Assembly (NCBI GenBank): GCA_964465205.1
Contig: CAYXJO010000004.1
Span: forward strand, 9,671-73,670
DNA from: an uncultured Gammaproteobacteria bacterium
Lineage (GTDB): Bacteria > Patescibacteriota > Patescibacteriia > Magasanikbacterales > GWA2-37-8
Direction: 5' to 3'
DNA length: 64,000 bases
In this document: in pieces, positions 1-9,667 of the stretch
How positions within the stretch are numbered: position 1 is the stretch's first letter
Layout: each line of letters opens with the position of its first letter
Program-made: the position numbers and the translations under genes
The notes under the pieces: model-generated
What the model saw: the letters and a program-made list of their open reading frames with translations, nothing else
What the model was told of the DNA's origin: nothing
The model's database searches: none

Positions 1-2928
1 ACCGATCTACTACCACCCGAGACTGTGCGTTTTATGCAAGAAACATTTACCGGTTGGGAAAAAGCCGGATTGAGCGCAGAGGCAATTAAATCTTTTACCG
101 CCAATGGTTTGACTACAGAAGAAGTGGGGGAAATTAACAAAATTATCGCTGCGGCTGAAGGTAATTTGGGAGCGATGAAAGTGGTGAGTGAAACATTACA
201 ACACAATAATGGTGATATAAAATCGGTGGTAGATAATATGTTGGTGGGGACAGATAAGGGGCATAATAGCGTAACTGCACTGCTTGCCAAACAACTCGAG
301 ACAGATCCAGCCAAGTTTGGCTATCAGGGTGATCTGACCAATGCTAAAGCTGTGGATATTTGGGCCAAGGGTGTAGCGGCAAAAATTGCGGCGGAAAATG
401 GACTTATCGGAAAGGATGGAGCCTCTACCGGTATTGTTTATGATAAAAATCACGATAGTTTCGTGATGTTAACTCAAGATGGGCAAAATAAATTAGGGGT
501 GAAATTAGTGGGTAAAGAGGTTACTGTGGGTCCGAAGGTTGAAACTGTGGAATTACCCCAAGAGCCAGAGTTTAATATCGATATGAAAGGTAGCTCGTGG
601 GTGATGGAAGGTAAAAATTATGTGGTAACCTACGATATGGGCAATCATGGTCTACAAGCAGTATATGATAAGGATGGCGATCTGTCTGCGTTTAAGGTTG
701 GTGGGATCAAGATTACCACCGGGGAATTAGACTCTCTAAAAGAGGCAATAGCCAAAATACCAGCCGATCATAAAGGAAGTGGTACTTTTGCTAGTGCAGA
801 TAGCAAAGTGATGATAAATTTTTACGATAATGATAAAATGGGCAAGCCGTTTATTAGTTTAAAAGGCAGATCTATACCTTTGGAAGACGCTCAGAAGTTA
901 ATGGGAGAAATGGATTATATTAGTGAGGAAAATGACACATTTGATCCCAAGGCACAAGTGGGGATGTGGCACAATGTTGAAGTTAACAAAGGCATGCCAG
1001 CTACTGGTATGGCAGAATTTGATCCTACTTCAAAATTTACGGTAATGACCCGTGGCGTCGGTGGCACTCATGAAATGGTATATGTGAAAACTGGAGACGA
1101 GAATCATTATGGTAGTAATTTGATTTATAATAAAGATGGGGCACTAATTGGTTGGCAAGATAAAAATGATGGTGAAATGCATTTTTCGGATAATCCAGAT
1201 TCATTCAAAGGCATAGATGCATCTGATAAGAGTGTGGGTAAAATTAATACTGGTGCCGCGGTGGAGAAGAAAATTAATGCAGAACCAATTGCTGATACAA
1301 ATGAAAATGGGTCTGGCGGCGAGGAGGGCACAAATCAGGAAAATAATGTGAAACAAAGTAGTGAGGGTGTTAAGAATGAAGCAGAACCTATTAAACAAAA
1401 GCAGGAGGCCGATGTAAATGTTGCGGAAAATCAGACCGTTAAAATAGAAAATAACACCATGCTACACATAACTCCTGAGCAGAATGCAAAATTAGGATTG
1501 CTTTACCCAAAAGCAGAAAATATAAAAGTCAGCTCTTTAGTTAGCGAACATGATGGAGTGCGTCAAGTGAGATTTGTAGTGAATTATTCCGAAGATGGCA
1601 AATTTCGACCCGGAGTAATAAGTAAACCGTACAGTGGAGATATGAAAAAGGGATTTGATGATTTTTTGGATTCTAAAGGTGCTGGATCGGAAAAATTATC
1701 GGGAAGTGTAGCCGAGCGTCCCATCCCCAAGAGCCTAGATCATTTTATGACTAATAAAACAAGGGGCCATATTGATAAAGGTTTAATTGAGTTGTTGTAT
1801 CTAAGGAAAGAACTGGATCCGCAAAAACATTATAGCATAACCGAATTACCCCAACAGGACGGTGGTTTTAAAGTGATGATAGTTGACGATGAAGGTCGTC
1901 AGGTTTTTGCAGGTAAAGGCAAAAATCAAAGTGAGGTTATAATGGATATGTTGCATAGTCCTGTATCAGAAAACAATGTTGACGCGGCGCCTGTTCCCCT
2001 AACCAACGTTGATCATCATTTGGATAAGGGTTTTGAAATTCCAGATAGCGTACCCGACGATCAGATAGAATTTGTGCGAGCTCGGTATAATGAACATTTG
2101 GCAGCGATGAAAAATTTTGAGAATTTAAATTCCGATCAGGCTAACTTATATACTCCAGCCGCACTTCAGGAGTGGAGGGGTCATATGACTAGTGTTGTGC
2201 GCTTAGATTTGGAAATATTTAAGAAGATAGTGGCTCAAGGCGGTTCACATACAGCTGAGCGTTTAAAGATGCTCGAAAACGGAGGAGATGAATTAATCGA
2301 TAGTACTAAAGGAAGTTGGGATAATAGTATTAAATTGGGTAATCAGGATATTCATTTGCCCAAAAAATTGACTTTTTCTGAGCTTAGCCGCATTTTGAAC
2401 CAAGTTAGAGAGTTTGAGGTTAGGTATACTAGAAACACCATTGAAGACACAACTGATTCTATTGGTATTGCCAAACACAATATCTATAATGAGATTTGCG
2501 CGAAAATTGTTGCCAATGGAAAAACTGGTAATAAAATTTTTGAAGATTTGCTTGCTGTTAATAGTGGGGATGGTAAACTTGAGACAAAAATTCCAGGTGC
2601 ATTCTTGGACACAAAACTTAATGTAGGTGGTGTGGAGATAAAAATATCCACCAAAATGGATTTGGGGAAAGTAGGGAGTGTAATTTATAGCGCTGATTTG
2701 TTTTCTCATAAATCAGCGGAATTAGAGGAGTTAAGAATTGCCGCCAATTCCGGGGACGTTGCTAGTAGTGAAAAGTACAATTATTTGAAAGGAATTTTTG
2801 AAGAGAATCTGCAGTCATTTAAAAAAGCAGTTGAGGCTGGTAAGGGTGCGGAGTTTGAAAATAATAATGTACTAAACTATAGTTGGGGACCTAGTGTGTC
2901 AATAGAGTCTTTAAAGCACATAAAATAG
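1..2928 (+). CDS. Large hypothetical protein, 5'-truncated at the window edge (at least 975 aa). No signal peptide, TM segment or recognisable catalytic motif.
   Basis: The reading frame is open from base 1 through the listed M at 25 to the stop at 2928. Codon usage matches the surrounding low-GC genome. The gene is convergent with the 1945-aa gene and shares a bidirectional terminator with it. Confidence 0.6.
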   Translation, partial: TDLLPPETVRFMQETFTGWEKAGLSAEAIKSFTANGLTTEEVGEINKIIAAAEGNLGAMKVVSETLQHNNGDIKSVVDNMLVGTDKGHNSVTALLAKQLETDPAKFGYQGDLTNAKAVDIWAKGVAAKIAAENGLIGKDGASTGIVYDKNHDSFVMLTQDGQNKLGVKLVGKEVTVGPKVETVELPQEPEFNIDMKGSSWVMEGKNYVVTYDMGNHGLQAVYDKDGDLSAFKVGGIKITTGELDSLKEAIAKIPADHKGSGTFASADSKVMINFYDNDKMGKPFISLKGRSIPLEDAQKLMGEMDYISEENDTFDPKAQVGMWHNVEVNKGMPATGMAEFDPTSKFTVMTRGVGGTHEMVYVKTGDENHYGSNLIYNKDGALIGWQDKNDGEMHFSDNPDSFKGIDASDKSVGKINTGAAVEKKINAEPIADTNENGSGGEEGTNQENNVKQSSEGVKNEAEPIKQKQEADVNVAENQTVKIENNTMLHITPEQNAKLGLLYPKAENIKVSSLVSEHDGVRQVRFVVNYSEDGKFRPGVISKPYSGDMKKGFDDFLDSKGAGSEKLSGSVAERPIPKSLDHFMTNKTRGHIDKGLIELLYLRKELDPQKHYSITELPQQDGGFKVMIVDDEGRQVFAGKGKNQSEVIMDMLHSPVSENNVDAAPVPLTNVDHHLDKGFEIPDSVPDDQIEFVRARYNEHLAAMKNFENLNSDQANLYTPAALQEWRGHMTSVVRLDLEIFKKIVAQGGSHTAERLKMLENGGDELIDSTKGSWDNSIKLGNQDIHLPKKLTFSELSRILNQVREFEVRYTRNTIEDTTDSIGIAKHNIYNEICAKIVANGKTGNKIFEDLLAVNSGDGKLETKIPGAFLDTKLNVGGVEIKISTKMDLGKVGSVIYSADLFSHKSAELEELRIAANSGDVASSEKYNYLKGIFEENLQSFKKAVEAGKGAEFENNNVLNYSWGPSVSIESLKHIK

Positions 2929-2940
2929 TTGGTAAAATTA

Positions 2941-2973
2941 AAACACCCTCCGCTCGGAGGGTGTTTTTGTTTC
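2941..2973. terminator. Bidirectional intrinsic terminator between the convergent giant genes
   Basis: Hairpin CACCCTCC-GCTC-GGAGGGTG, with an A-run on the 5' side and TTTTTG on the 3' side. Confidence 0.6.
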
Positions 2974-2986
2974 GTGTATCAATATT

Positions 2987-5900
2987 CTATTTTCCACCAC
3001 CAGCTCGGACAACTTTTTTGGGAGCCGGAGCAGGGGTTGGTGCTGGTGCGGCTGTCTTCGCTTTTTGTTGTGAAGCAGGTTTGGTATCTGTTTTTGCATC
3101 CGGTTTGGCCACGGGTTTGGTGGTGGCTTTGGTAGCGGTCTTGGCTGTGGTCGCTTTCTTTTTTTCTGCCTGGGTTTCTTCCACAGTTAGTGCAGTTATC
3201 AAATCTTTTACAAAATTTCTTTTTTCGTCTACCAATTCATTAATCTCTTTAGCTTTAAATTTTGGGAACAGGCGAAAGATTATAGCTGCACTCATGGCAT
3301 CTTGTTCTGCGCCTGGAGTTGGTAATTTCTTTTCCGAATTTATCCACTCCACAATTTCGGCCACAAAATCCAACATAAAAGTTTTGTCCCATTTATCTTG
3401 GCTAATGCGATTTTCAATTATGGCGGATAATTTTTCGGCCATTTTTTCTTGGCCAGCCGGCGGTAAATTGGGGTGAGCCTCGGCTATGGCCTGCTGCATT
3501 TCTTTTTTAATCATTTTTTTGTCAGCCGGCAATAATTCCAAAGCCATGGCTGCTGCTAATTCTGGCGGCGGCGGGGGAGCATTTGGTGCTTCTGCGGCTG
3601 CGCCACCAGTATTTGGTGGATTGTGAGAAGGAATTTCTACTGCCGCTCCGGATTTGTCTGGTGGCGGGGGAGGATTGCCGGGAGAACCCTCGGGATTTGA
3701 CCCGGTCGGTTTTTTTTGCCCATCTTCTTCTTTTTTCATTTTATCTCCAGCTCCTGGTGGAGGAGTTTCGCCCTTGGGTGACTTTGGTGGTTTGTCACCA
3801 GATTTTTTGTCGTCTTTCTTTTTGTCTGGGTATTGTCCTGGTTCCAAAGGTTTGCGATCATTCATTGGCAATGGTATGAACCAAGGATTGTTTTCTGGTG
3901 GCGCGATAGAAATTTCGTCAACACCAATTTCGCGTGGGCGAAATACATAGTCGGTTATTTCTTTGGTTGCATTTGGCACTTCGCCACCTTTGCCTACCAT
4001 GGTAGCGAGTACATGAGCCTTGCCGTCCGAAGAAGAATTATAGACAATTTCCCAAGTCCAGCGAGCAGAACCGTCTTTGTTCATAAGAGTTTGACCCAAT
4101 GTGCCGGCTTTGTCTATAGCCAATTCACCGTTGGTCATCGGCACATCAAAACCATTGCCCGCATTAAAGTCGCCAGTAGTGGGGTCGTAAAAACGAATGT
4201 GGAAATTGCTGAAATCACCCTTGGCCAAATCCGCTTTCATGACATTGTACATGGTATCAATAGTGCCGTCGTAGTTTACTTTGCCATCACGCAACATATC
4301 GTTGATGCCTTTTTTGAAGCTGAATGTCCAATCTTTGCCACTGTCATTTAGCATGCCGCGCAATTCTTTGCCGTCGTGAATGTGACCGGAAGTTTTGAGT
4401 ACGGTACCAACATCGCGGTTTTCGTATTCGCAATGTATATGGCCGCTATTATCAGAGATATGTTCATGGCGATATACGTGGTGTAATGGTTCAATACGAT
4501 CCGGCACTTGATCAGGGCGTAGTTCACCTTTCATTACACTATCATGCAATCGCTCTCCTAATTTCAGTGCTTCGCCTGTTGTTCTGGGCGACAAATCCAT
4601 GTCATAATGATGCCCTGGCCCCATGGTATCGTGACTGGTAAGTTTGCCAGACCACGGATCCATGTTGTTGTGCCAAATACGCGGCGCGTTATTCATTTGG
4701 CCGCCTAATTTTTGTAATTCCGCGATTACAGCATCGTGGCCTTTGACAGTAATAGTGTGAGAAGTCATCCCCACATCCCAGCCAGCTTTGTCCATGAGTT
4801 GTATAGAATTCGGATTAATGGTAGCACCATCAGGATTGAGTTGAAAATTGCCCACGGTTTTATTATTTTCGTCGGTAATTAGCATTTCAAATCCGTTAGT
4901 CGGGGATTTGGGCGCAACATGCCAGCCGTGGGGAAGAGTGAATTTGGTATTGAGACCAGGCACTTGTACAGTATCTGGGGCCATGGCCGGACTAGCGACA
5001 TGTTCACCGGTTACTTCGGAGTGTAGATGATTACTTTCGAAAATTTTGAACCCTTTGTCACGCAATGCATCCAAGGTTTGTTGAGGCAAACCACCTTGGG
5101 GATCGGGTTTAATATGGTCCAAAATCACATTACCTTTTACATCCGCGAGTATATAAGTTCCAGTGGCTTTGTCTAGTCCTATTTTCAAGCTACTATCCAA
5201 CGCCATTTCAGTGTTGTTGGAAAGCAATACCCCCGGAGCGAAATTGGGTGGATAGCCAGCACCATCGGTTTTGAAATATTCGGTCATTTTGCCAATCCAA
5301 CTGTGATCGAAACTGTCGCGCATGGTGGTTACCGCACATTCGGCTACTGCACCAGCCGCGAAGCCTACTACCGCCCCCATTGCACCCGCTTTGACCATTT
5401 CTAAGCGTCGCCAGTTTTTGAAACGTGCATCAGTGTTTTCGATTTGAGTAGAAATATCGTCTATGGCTTTTTGGGTTTCGGCATGTAATACGTCAGGATT
5501 AATACCGTGTTGTTGTTCTATGCGTTTGAGTAGGATTTTAATTTGATTGATAGAAGCAATACGAGTATTTAGATTTTTGCCTTCTTCACGCGCGGCCGAG
5601 AATAAATCCACTTGCTTTTCAGATTCCACTGCCAAGGCGGCAAAAATTCTAGCTACATAAGCACGTTCTTCGGAATTAACTTGCCCAGCCGGCTGGCGTG
5701 ATAAATTATCCAAAAATGCCACCACTTCTTCGGTGTGTAGTTTGAGATAATCAAACTTGCGCATTTCTTTGGCTCGATCACCAACAGCTTCTTGACCCAG
5801 CGCCGAACGACGCATTTCCATGCCACGATCATATTCCACATCGCGTCCACGACGCAAAGCTCCCATTACACCACCCATTATTGAACCTACCACTGGTGCG

Positions 5901-8824
5901 GCTAGTAGTGCGCGCATCGACATGCTGGCAGCGCCTTTGGTTATGGCAGTGGCAGTGGCCGCCGCTCCGGCAGCCGCAAAGGTGATTGGGGAAGATAATA
6001 CTTTGCCCAGCACTGGTACACTTTGGGCTTTGTCCACCAATTTGGTAAACCAAGAACTTACAAACCGCGGTTTGGTTTCACGAATGTCGCGTTCTTTGAG
6101 GCCAAGTTGTATTTCCAAATTCATGATACCTTTCAAGTGGCCAAGAATAATTTCGCGATTTTCCGGTCCGTATTTTTTTTCCATTTCTTTGGTAGCATCC
6201 TCGACGTACTTTTTGTAACTTTCGGCCAATTGATAAAAATTATGTGCAAACAGCAAACCTTTGGCCTCTTCGTCGTTGGCATTGGTAAATTTGTAGCCTT
6301 TGCGTTTGATAATCGGCAATATTCTTTCTTCCACTGTGGCATCGAACAACTGGCGTGACATCAAATGCGCACCGCTAGCGTGATCGAAAATTAAATCAGC
6401 TAATTCAGCATTGACTTCGGCGTCGTTGATATATTCACCTTTTTCATTTTCTTCGGCCACTTCGGCGGCAAAGGTTTCTATGATATTATTCAGTACTTCA
6501 AAATGGCGAATTTCTTTGTCGCGGGTAATCGGTTTGCCTTCACTACGTGAAAGCAACGCCGCTTCGATTTCGGTCATGAGGTTTTTGTTTTTTTGGATTT
6601 CGTTTACTGATTCACGATAGAATTTATCCAAATATAATTTTTCACTCGGACGAATAAACATGGAGCTGCGCAATTGGCGCCCTACTTTTTTGGCGGTTTC
6701 CCATGGGTGGGTGACTGCCTCTTTGACACCATGGGCCAAACGACCAAAGAATCCGCGTTTGGGTTCTGGTGCCTGTGGTGGTTGAGCGTTGTTTGGATCA
6801 AGTCCGCGCATGTAGGCGTTGAGTTTTTCTTCGGCCTGCGACCAAGCCAAACGTTCTACTACTTTGGATACGTCGATAAGATACGCTCTGTTCGGCGGGC
6901 GAATTGGCTCTGGCTCTGGTATGCGGATCGGCTCTGGTTTGGGTTCTGGTGTTTCTGGTTTCGGTTCTTTTACTTTGTCATCATCTTCCGGCGGATTTTC
7001 CATAAAATTCAAATTTTCCGGTAAGACCGCCGTACTAATATTATCTTGTTCATCTTTGCCGAGTTTGCCATCTTCGCCTGGTTCATCTACACCCGGAACA
7101 CCTTTCTTTTTCTTGGGCAAAATTAATTCACGGCGTTTTTTGAGAGCACGTTCGGCCAGCAGCCAATTTTTCTCATCGTCACCGGTTTTGCGATGATCTT
7201 TGTGCACCAAGTATGCTTCGCGGCGTTTGCGCCACTCATCCCATTTATCGGTGGGTTCACTCGCGTTGGCATCAATTAATTTTATTACACTATCGATTTC
7301 TTTGGTGGCAGATTTGGTTTCGTCTTCAATTTTCGCGTCTAAATCCGCACTGTCCGCACCGGTGTCGGCTTTCATCTTGTCGAATTTTTGTTTGAGTTCA
7401 TCCACGGTTTGCTGGCGAATTTCTCTCAACGCTTCCAATAGATCGTCTACCGGAATACCTTCACGTCGGCAATTTTCGGAACCTTTGGATTCGCACACTT
7501 CGAATTTACCGTCATCAGTCTCGTCGCTTTCCAAATTTTCTTTGGCATCTTTCACAGCGGCTATTATCCACTTCAATCGTTCGGCGCCATCTGCTTTTTT
7601 ACCCATTTTATCCAAAGATTTTTTCAAAATACCCACCGCTTTGTCCACGGCTTGGAGTAATGATTCGCGCTCTGGCCCCTGCTCTTTGGCTTCGGCTTTG
7701 GCAGTTGGTTTGGCCTCTGGTTGAGGCATGTTTTCCGCCGCGTCATCTTGGGCGCTGGCATCCACCTTTTTTTTGTATTCGGCAATCATAGGTATTTTAC
7801 TTAAATATTTTTTATACATGTCAATATAATGGCCGCTCTTATCATCCGTGTTGCCATATCCACCAGCTTGGCTATCGTATTCGTAAGCCGGAGTGGTGAG
7901 ATCTTCCGCGCGAATCCAGTTTTCTTTGACGCCGTGCGAAGTCATCTTGGCTGCGTTGGATTCAATGCCGCCGATCCAGGCGCGCCCTTTTTTGTCGCGA
8001 CAAAAGACGTATGTTAAATTGTTATTTTTGGAAGGATAACATTCAAAGGTGATGGGCCCATACATTACCGATCCACCTTGCCAACTGTCGATCATTTTGC
8101 CAAAATCCGGTTCGTTGTTTTTGTCGTCGAAACCAATTTCACCTGGTGGTAATTTTTTCCCGTGGTTAGCCTTGGTCTCTTCGGGTGTGGCGGATTTGAC
8201 TTTAAAATTCCCGGGCAGATCTACAGGTTGAGAACTAACGTCGATTAGAAAAGAATGTCCTTTTTTGACAGCGTCATTATAGCGGGTGTCCAAATTGGCC
8301 GCTGTACCCATGAATACAAATTCAGCGTCGGGAATCGGTTTGATATTTTTATCATCCAAAGTCATTTCGGATAAAGCTTTTTGCATGGCGGCCGGCAACA
8401 TGATGGATTCTTCGCCGTATTCTTTGGAATACCAACCGGTGGCATAAGAGGCGAGTAGCCGCCACACGCCCTGAGAATTACTGCGCCAAAAAGAACGTGG
8501 CACCAAAGATCCACCTCGTTCGATAAATCCGGTTACCGCCGCGCGTCCACTACCGATATCGTATGGATGCGAAGATAGCCAGATATTTTGTCCACCCATT
8601 TCAATTTTATATTGGGGGAGGACGCCGTTTTTTTTGAAATCTTCCGGGGAAAGCATTTTGCCGTTATACTCGCTGGCACTGCCGGACAAGATAACTTTGT
8701 CCAGAAGTTTTTCGGCTTCGGTGTCGGGAACTTTTTCAATTTTAATTTTAAAACCAACTTGCGTAGGATTTTTCGCCTGATCTGGTGTTGAACGTTTAGT
8801 TTCGGCGTGGTTTTGTCCCGACAT
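2987..8824 (-). CDS. Giant 1945-aa multidomain protein with two Gly/Ala-rich TM hairpins, coiled-coil stretches, a His-rich region with a tandem SGHIH motif (M23-peptidase-like, uncertain), a poly-Pro linker and a Lys/Ala/Thr/Pro-rich C-terminal tail
   Basis: One uninterrupted minus-strand ORF. Hydrophobic Gly/Ala-rich segments encode VLGKVLSSPITFAAAGAAATATAITKGAASM (about nt 5830-5990) and MVKAGAMGAVVGFAAGAVAECAVTTM (about nt 5320-5400). The His-rich region at about nt 4380-4500 reads HHYDMD...SGHIHCEYENRD...SGHIHDGKE. A PPPPP run lies near nt 3600-3900. The C-terminal tail reads KKKATTAKTATKATTKPVAKPDAKTDTKPASQQKAKTAAPAPTPAPAPKK. Confidence 0.8.
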   Translation of the reverse strand: MSGQNHAETKRSTPDQAKNPTQVGFKIKIEKVPDTEAEKLLDKVILSGSASEYNGKMLSPEDFKKNGVLPQYKIEMGGQNIWLSSHPYDIGSGRAAVTGFIERGGSLVPRSFWRSNSQGVWRLLASYATGWYSKEYGEESIMLPAAMQKALSEMTLDDKNIKPIPDAEFVFMGTAANLDTRYNDAVKKGHSFLIDVSSQPVDLPGNFKVKSATPEETKANHGKKLPPGEIGFDDKNNEPDFGKMIDSWQGGSVMYGPITFECYPSKNNNLTYVFCRDKKGRAWIGGIESNAAKMTSHGVKENWIRAEDLTTPAYEYDSQAGGYGNTDDKSGHYIDMYKKYLSKIPMIAEYKKKVDASAQDDAAENMPQPEAKPTAKAEAKEQGPERESLLQAVDKAVGILKKSLDKMGKKADGAERLKWIIAAVKDAKENLESDETDDGKFEVCESKGSENCRREGIPVDDLLEALREIRQQTVDELKQKFDKMKADTGADSADLDAKIEDETKSATKEIDSVIKLIDANASEPTDKWDEWRKRREAYLVHKDHRKTGDDEKNWLLAERALKKRRELILPKKKKGVPGVDEPGEDGKLGKDEQDNISTAVLPENLNFMENPPEDDDKVKEPKPETPEPKPEPIRIPEPEPIRPPNRAYLIDVSKVVERLAWSQAEEKLNAYMRGLDPNNAQPPQAPEPKRGFFGRLAHGVKEAVTHPWETAKKVGRQLRSSMFIRPSEKLYLDKFYRESVNEIQKNKNLMTEIEAALLSRSEGKPITRDKEIRHFEVLNNIIETFAAEVAEENEKGEYINDAEVNAELADLIFDHASGAHLMSRQLFDATVEERILPIIKRKGYKFTNANDEEAKGLLFAHNFYQLAESYKKYVEDATKEMEKKYGPENREIILGHLKGIMNLEIQLGLKERDIRETKPRFVSSWFTKLVDKAQSVPVLGKVLSSPITFAAAGAAATATAITKGAASMSMRALLAAPVVGSIMGGVMGALRRGRDVEYDRGMEMRRSALGQEAVGDRAKEMRKFDYLKLHTEEVVAFLDNLSRQPAGQVNSEERAYVARIFAALAVESEKQVDLFSAAREEGKNLNTRIASINQIKILLKRIEQQHGINPDVLHAETQKAIDDISTQIENTDARFKNWRRLEMVKAGAMGAVVGFAAGAVAECAVTTMRDSFDHSWIGKMTEYFKTDGAGYPPNFAPGVLLSNNTEMALDSSLKIGLDKATGTYILADVKGNVILDHIKPDPQGGLPQQTLDALRDKGFKIFESNHLHSEVTGEHVASPAMAPDTVQVPGLNTKFTLPHGWHVAPKSPTNGFEMLITDENNKTVGNFQLNPDGATINPNSIQLMDKAGWDVGMTSHTITVKGHDAVIAELQKLGGQMNNAPRIWHNNMDPWSGKLTSHDTMGPGHHYDMDLSPRTTGEALKLGERLHDSVMKGELRPDQVPDRIEPLHHVYRHEHISDNSGHIHCEYENRDVGTVLKTSGHIHDGKELRGMLNDSGKDWTFSFKKGINDMLRDGKVNYDGTIDTMYNVMKADLAKGDFSNFHIRFYDPTTGDFNAGNGFDVPMTNGELAIDKAGTLGQTLMNKDGSARWTWEIVYNSSSDGKAHVLATMVGKGGEVPNATKEITDYVFRPREIGVDEISIAPPENNPWFIPLPMNDRKPLEPGQYPDKKKDDKKSGDKPPKSPKGETPPPGAGDKMKKEEDGQKKPTGSNPEGSPGNPPPPPDKSGAAVEIPSHNPPNTGGAAAEAPNAPPPPPELAAAMALELLPADKKMIKKEMQQAIAEAHPNLPPAGQEKMAEKLSAIIENRISQDKWDKTFMLDFVAEIVEWINSEKKLPTPGAEQDAMSAAIIFRLFPKFKAKEINELVDEKRNFVKDLITALTVEETQAEKKKATTAKTATKATTKPVAKPDAKTDTKPASQQKAKTAAPAPTPAPAPKKVVRAGGGK

Positions 8825-8849
8825 ATTTTGTAATTAATTATTTACAAAA

Positions 8850-9182
8850 TTATTCTTTTTTGGCACCGCCTACATATATAGAGCGGAACTCCATCATGGC
8901 GCGAGCGGTGACTTCGGGTAAATTGGGTATGTTAGCGATAAAAAAGTTGTGAACTGCTTCTTGGCCCGGGTTGGACTGCATGAGGGCGTCGAATAGCTCG
9001 GCGCTGTCATTGGGCAGGGCCTGGAGCAGGGAAGTCATAATATGATTCTGCATGCGACCGTATAAATCTTGCTTCATGGCGGCTTTGAGGTCGGCATTTA
9101 CCTCGGCACCGTGGGCTTCTTCGATTATTTTGTTCAAAAACAGATCGATTTCGGCGGGCATTTCCGGGGCTGAGTTGGGCAT
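8850..9182 (-). CDS. Hypothetical 110-aa protein sitting immediately upstream of the giant gene, likely co-transcribed with it
   Basis: ORF with host-like codon usage and a 25-nt gap to the start of the giant gene. No recognisable domain. Confidence 0.5.
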   Translation of the reverse strand: MPNSAPEMPAEIDLFLNKIIEEAHGAEVNADLKAAMKQDLYGRMQNHIMTSLLQALPNDSAELFDALMQSNPGQEAVHNFFIANIPNLPEVTARAMMEFRSIYVGGAKKE

Positions 9183-9667
9183 ATTATATATATAATGTAT
9201 AAAGCCAGCGTGGGCTGGTCCGCCGGGTGGCGGATTGTTTATACTTTATCGTATCACAAAATCCGCTTTTTTTCAAATTTGGCATAAAATGAATTTTGGC
9301 TAATATTAGCTAAATACGGCGGGGATGTGGATAACTTTATGTTCACCCCCTTGACAAAAGTCCAAAATCGTGATATAGTATTCTGTTATGAAATAATCGA
9401 GCAGCTTTTGAGAGAGGAGCAGCCCGATTGTGTCACTGAATACCCTCTCGCCCAAAGAGGTTTTTTGTTAAGTAATGGTTTACCTATCAGTTCGTTACAA
9501 TCTAGTAGTGAAGACTCTGGCACAAAGTTGTATATATCATATATATGGTAATCAGCTTTGTGCTAGAGTGTAGAATGTCCAGTGCGCGGAATAATCCGTA
9601 GCGCTTGGCAAAGATGTCCCCAAGGCGTGCCGCACAGCGGCCCAATTGAACCAAAAAGGAGCCTACC

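Noticed and set aside
2961-3476. 171-aa plus-strand ORF (Ala/Gly/Val-rich) and other plus-strand ORFs between 3583 and 8791 opposite the giant gene
   Set aside because: They are antisense to a continuous, well-supported 1945-aa ORF and their translations are low-complexity.
9327-9551. 74-aa ORF in the AT-rich spacer before the island
   Set aside because: No RBS, odd composition and no partner terminator. It overlaps the boundary hairpin, so it is probably non-coding.
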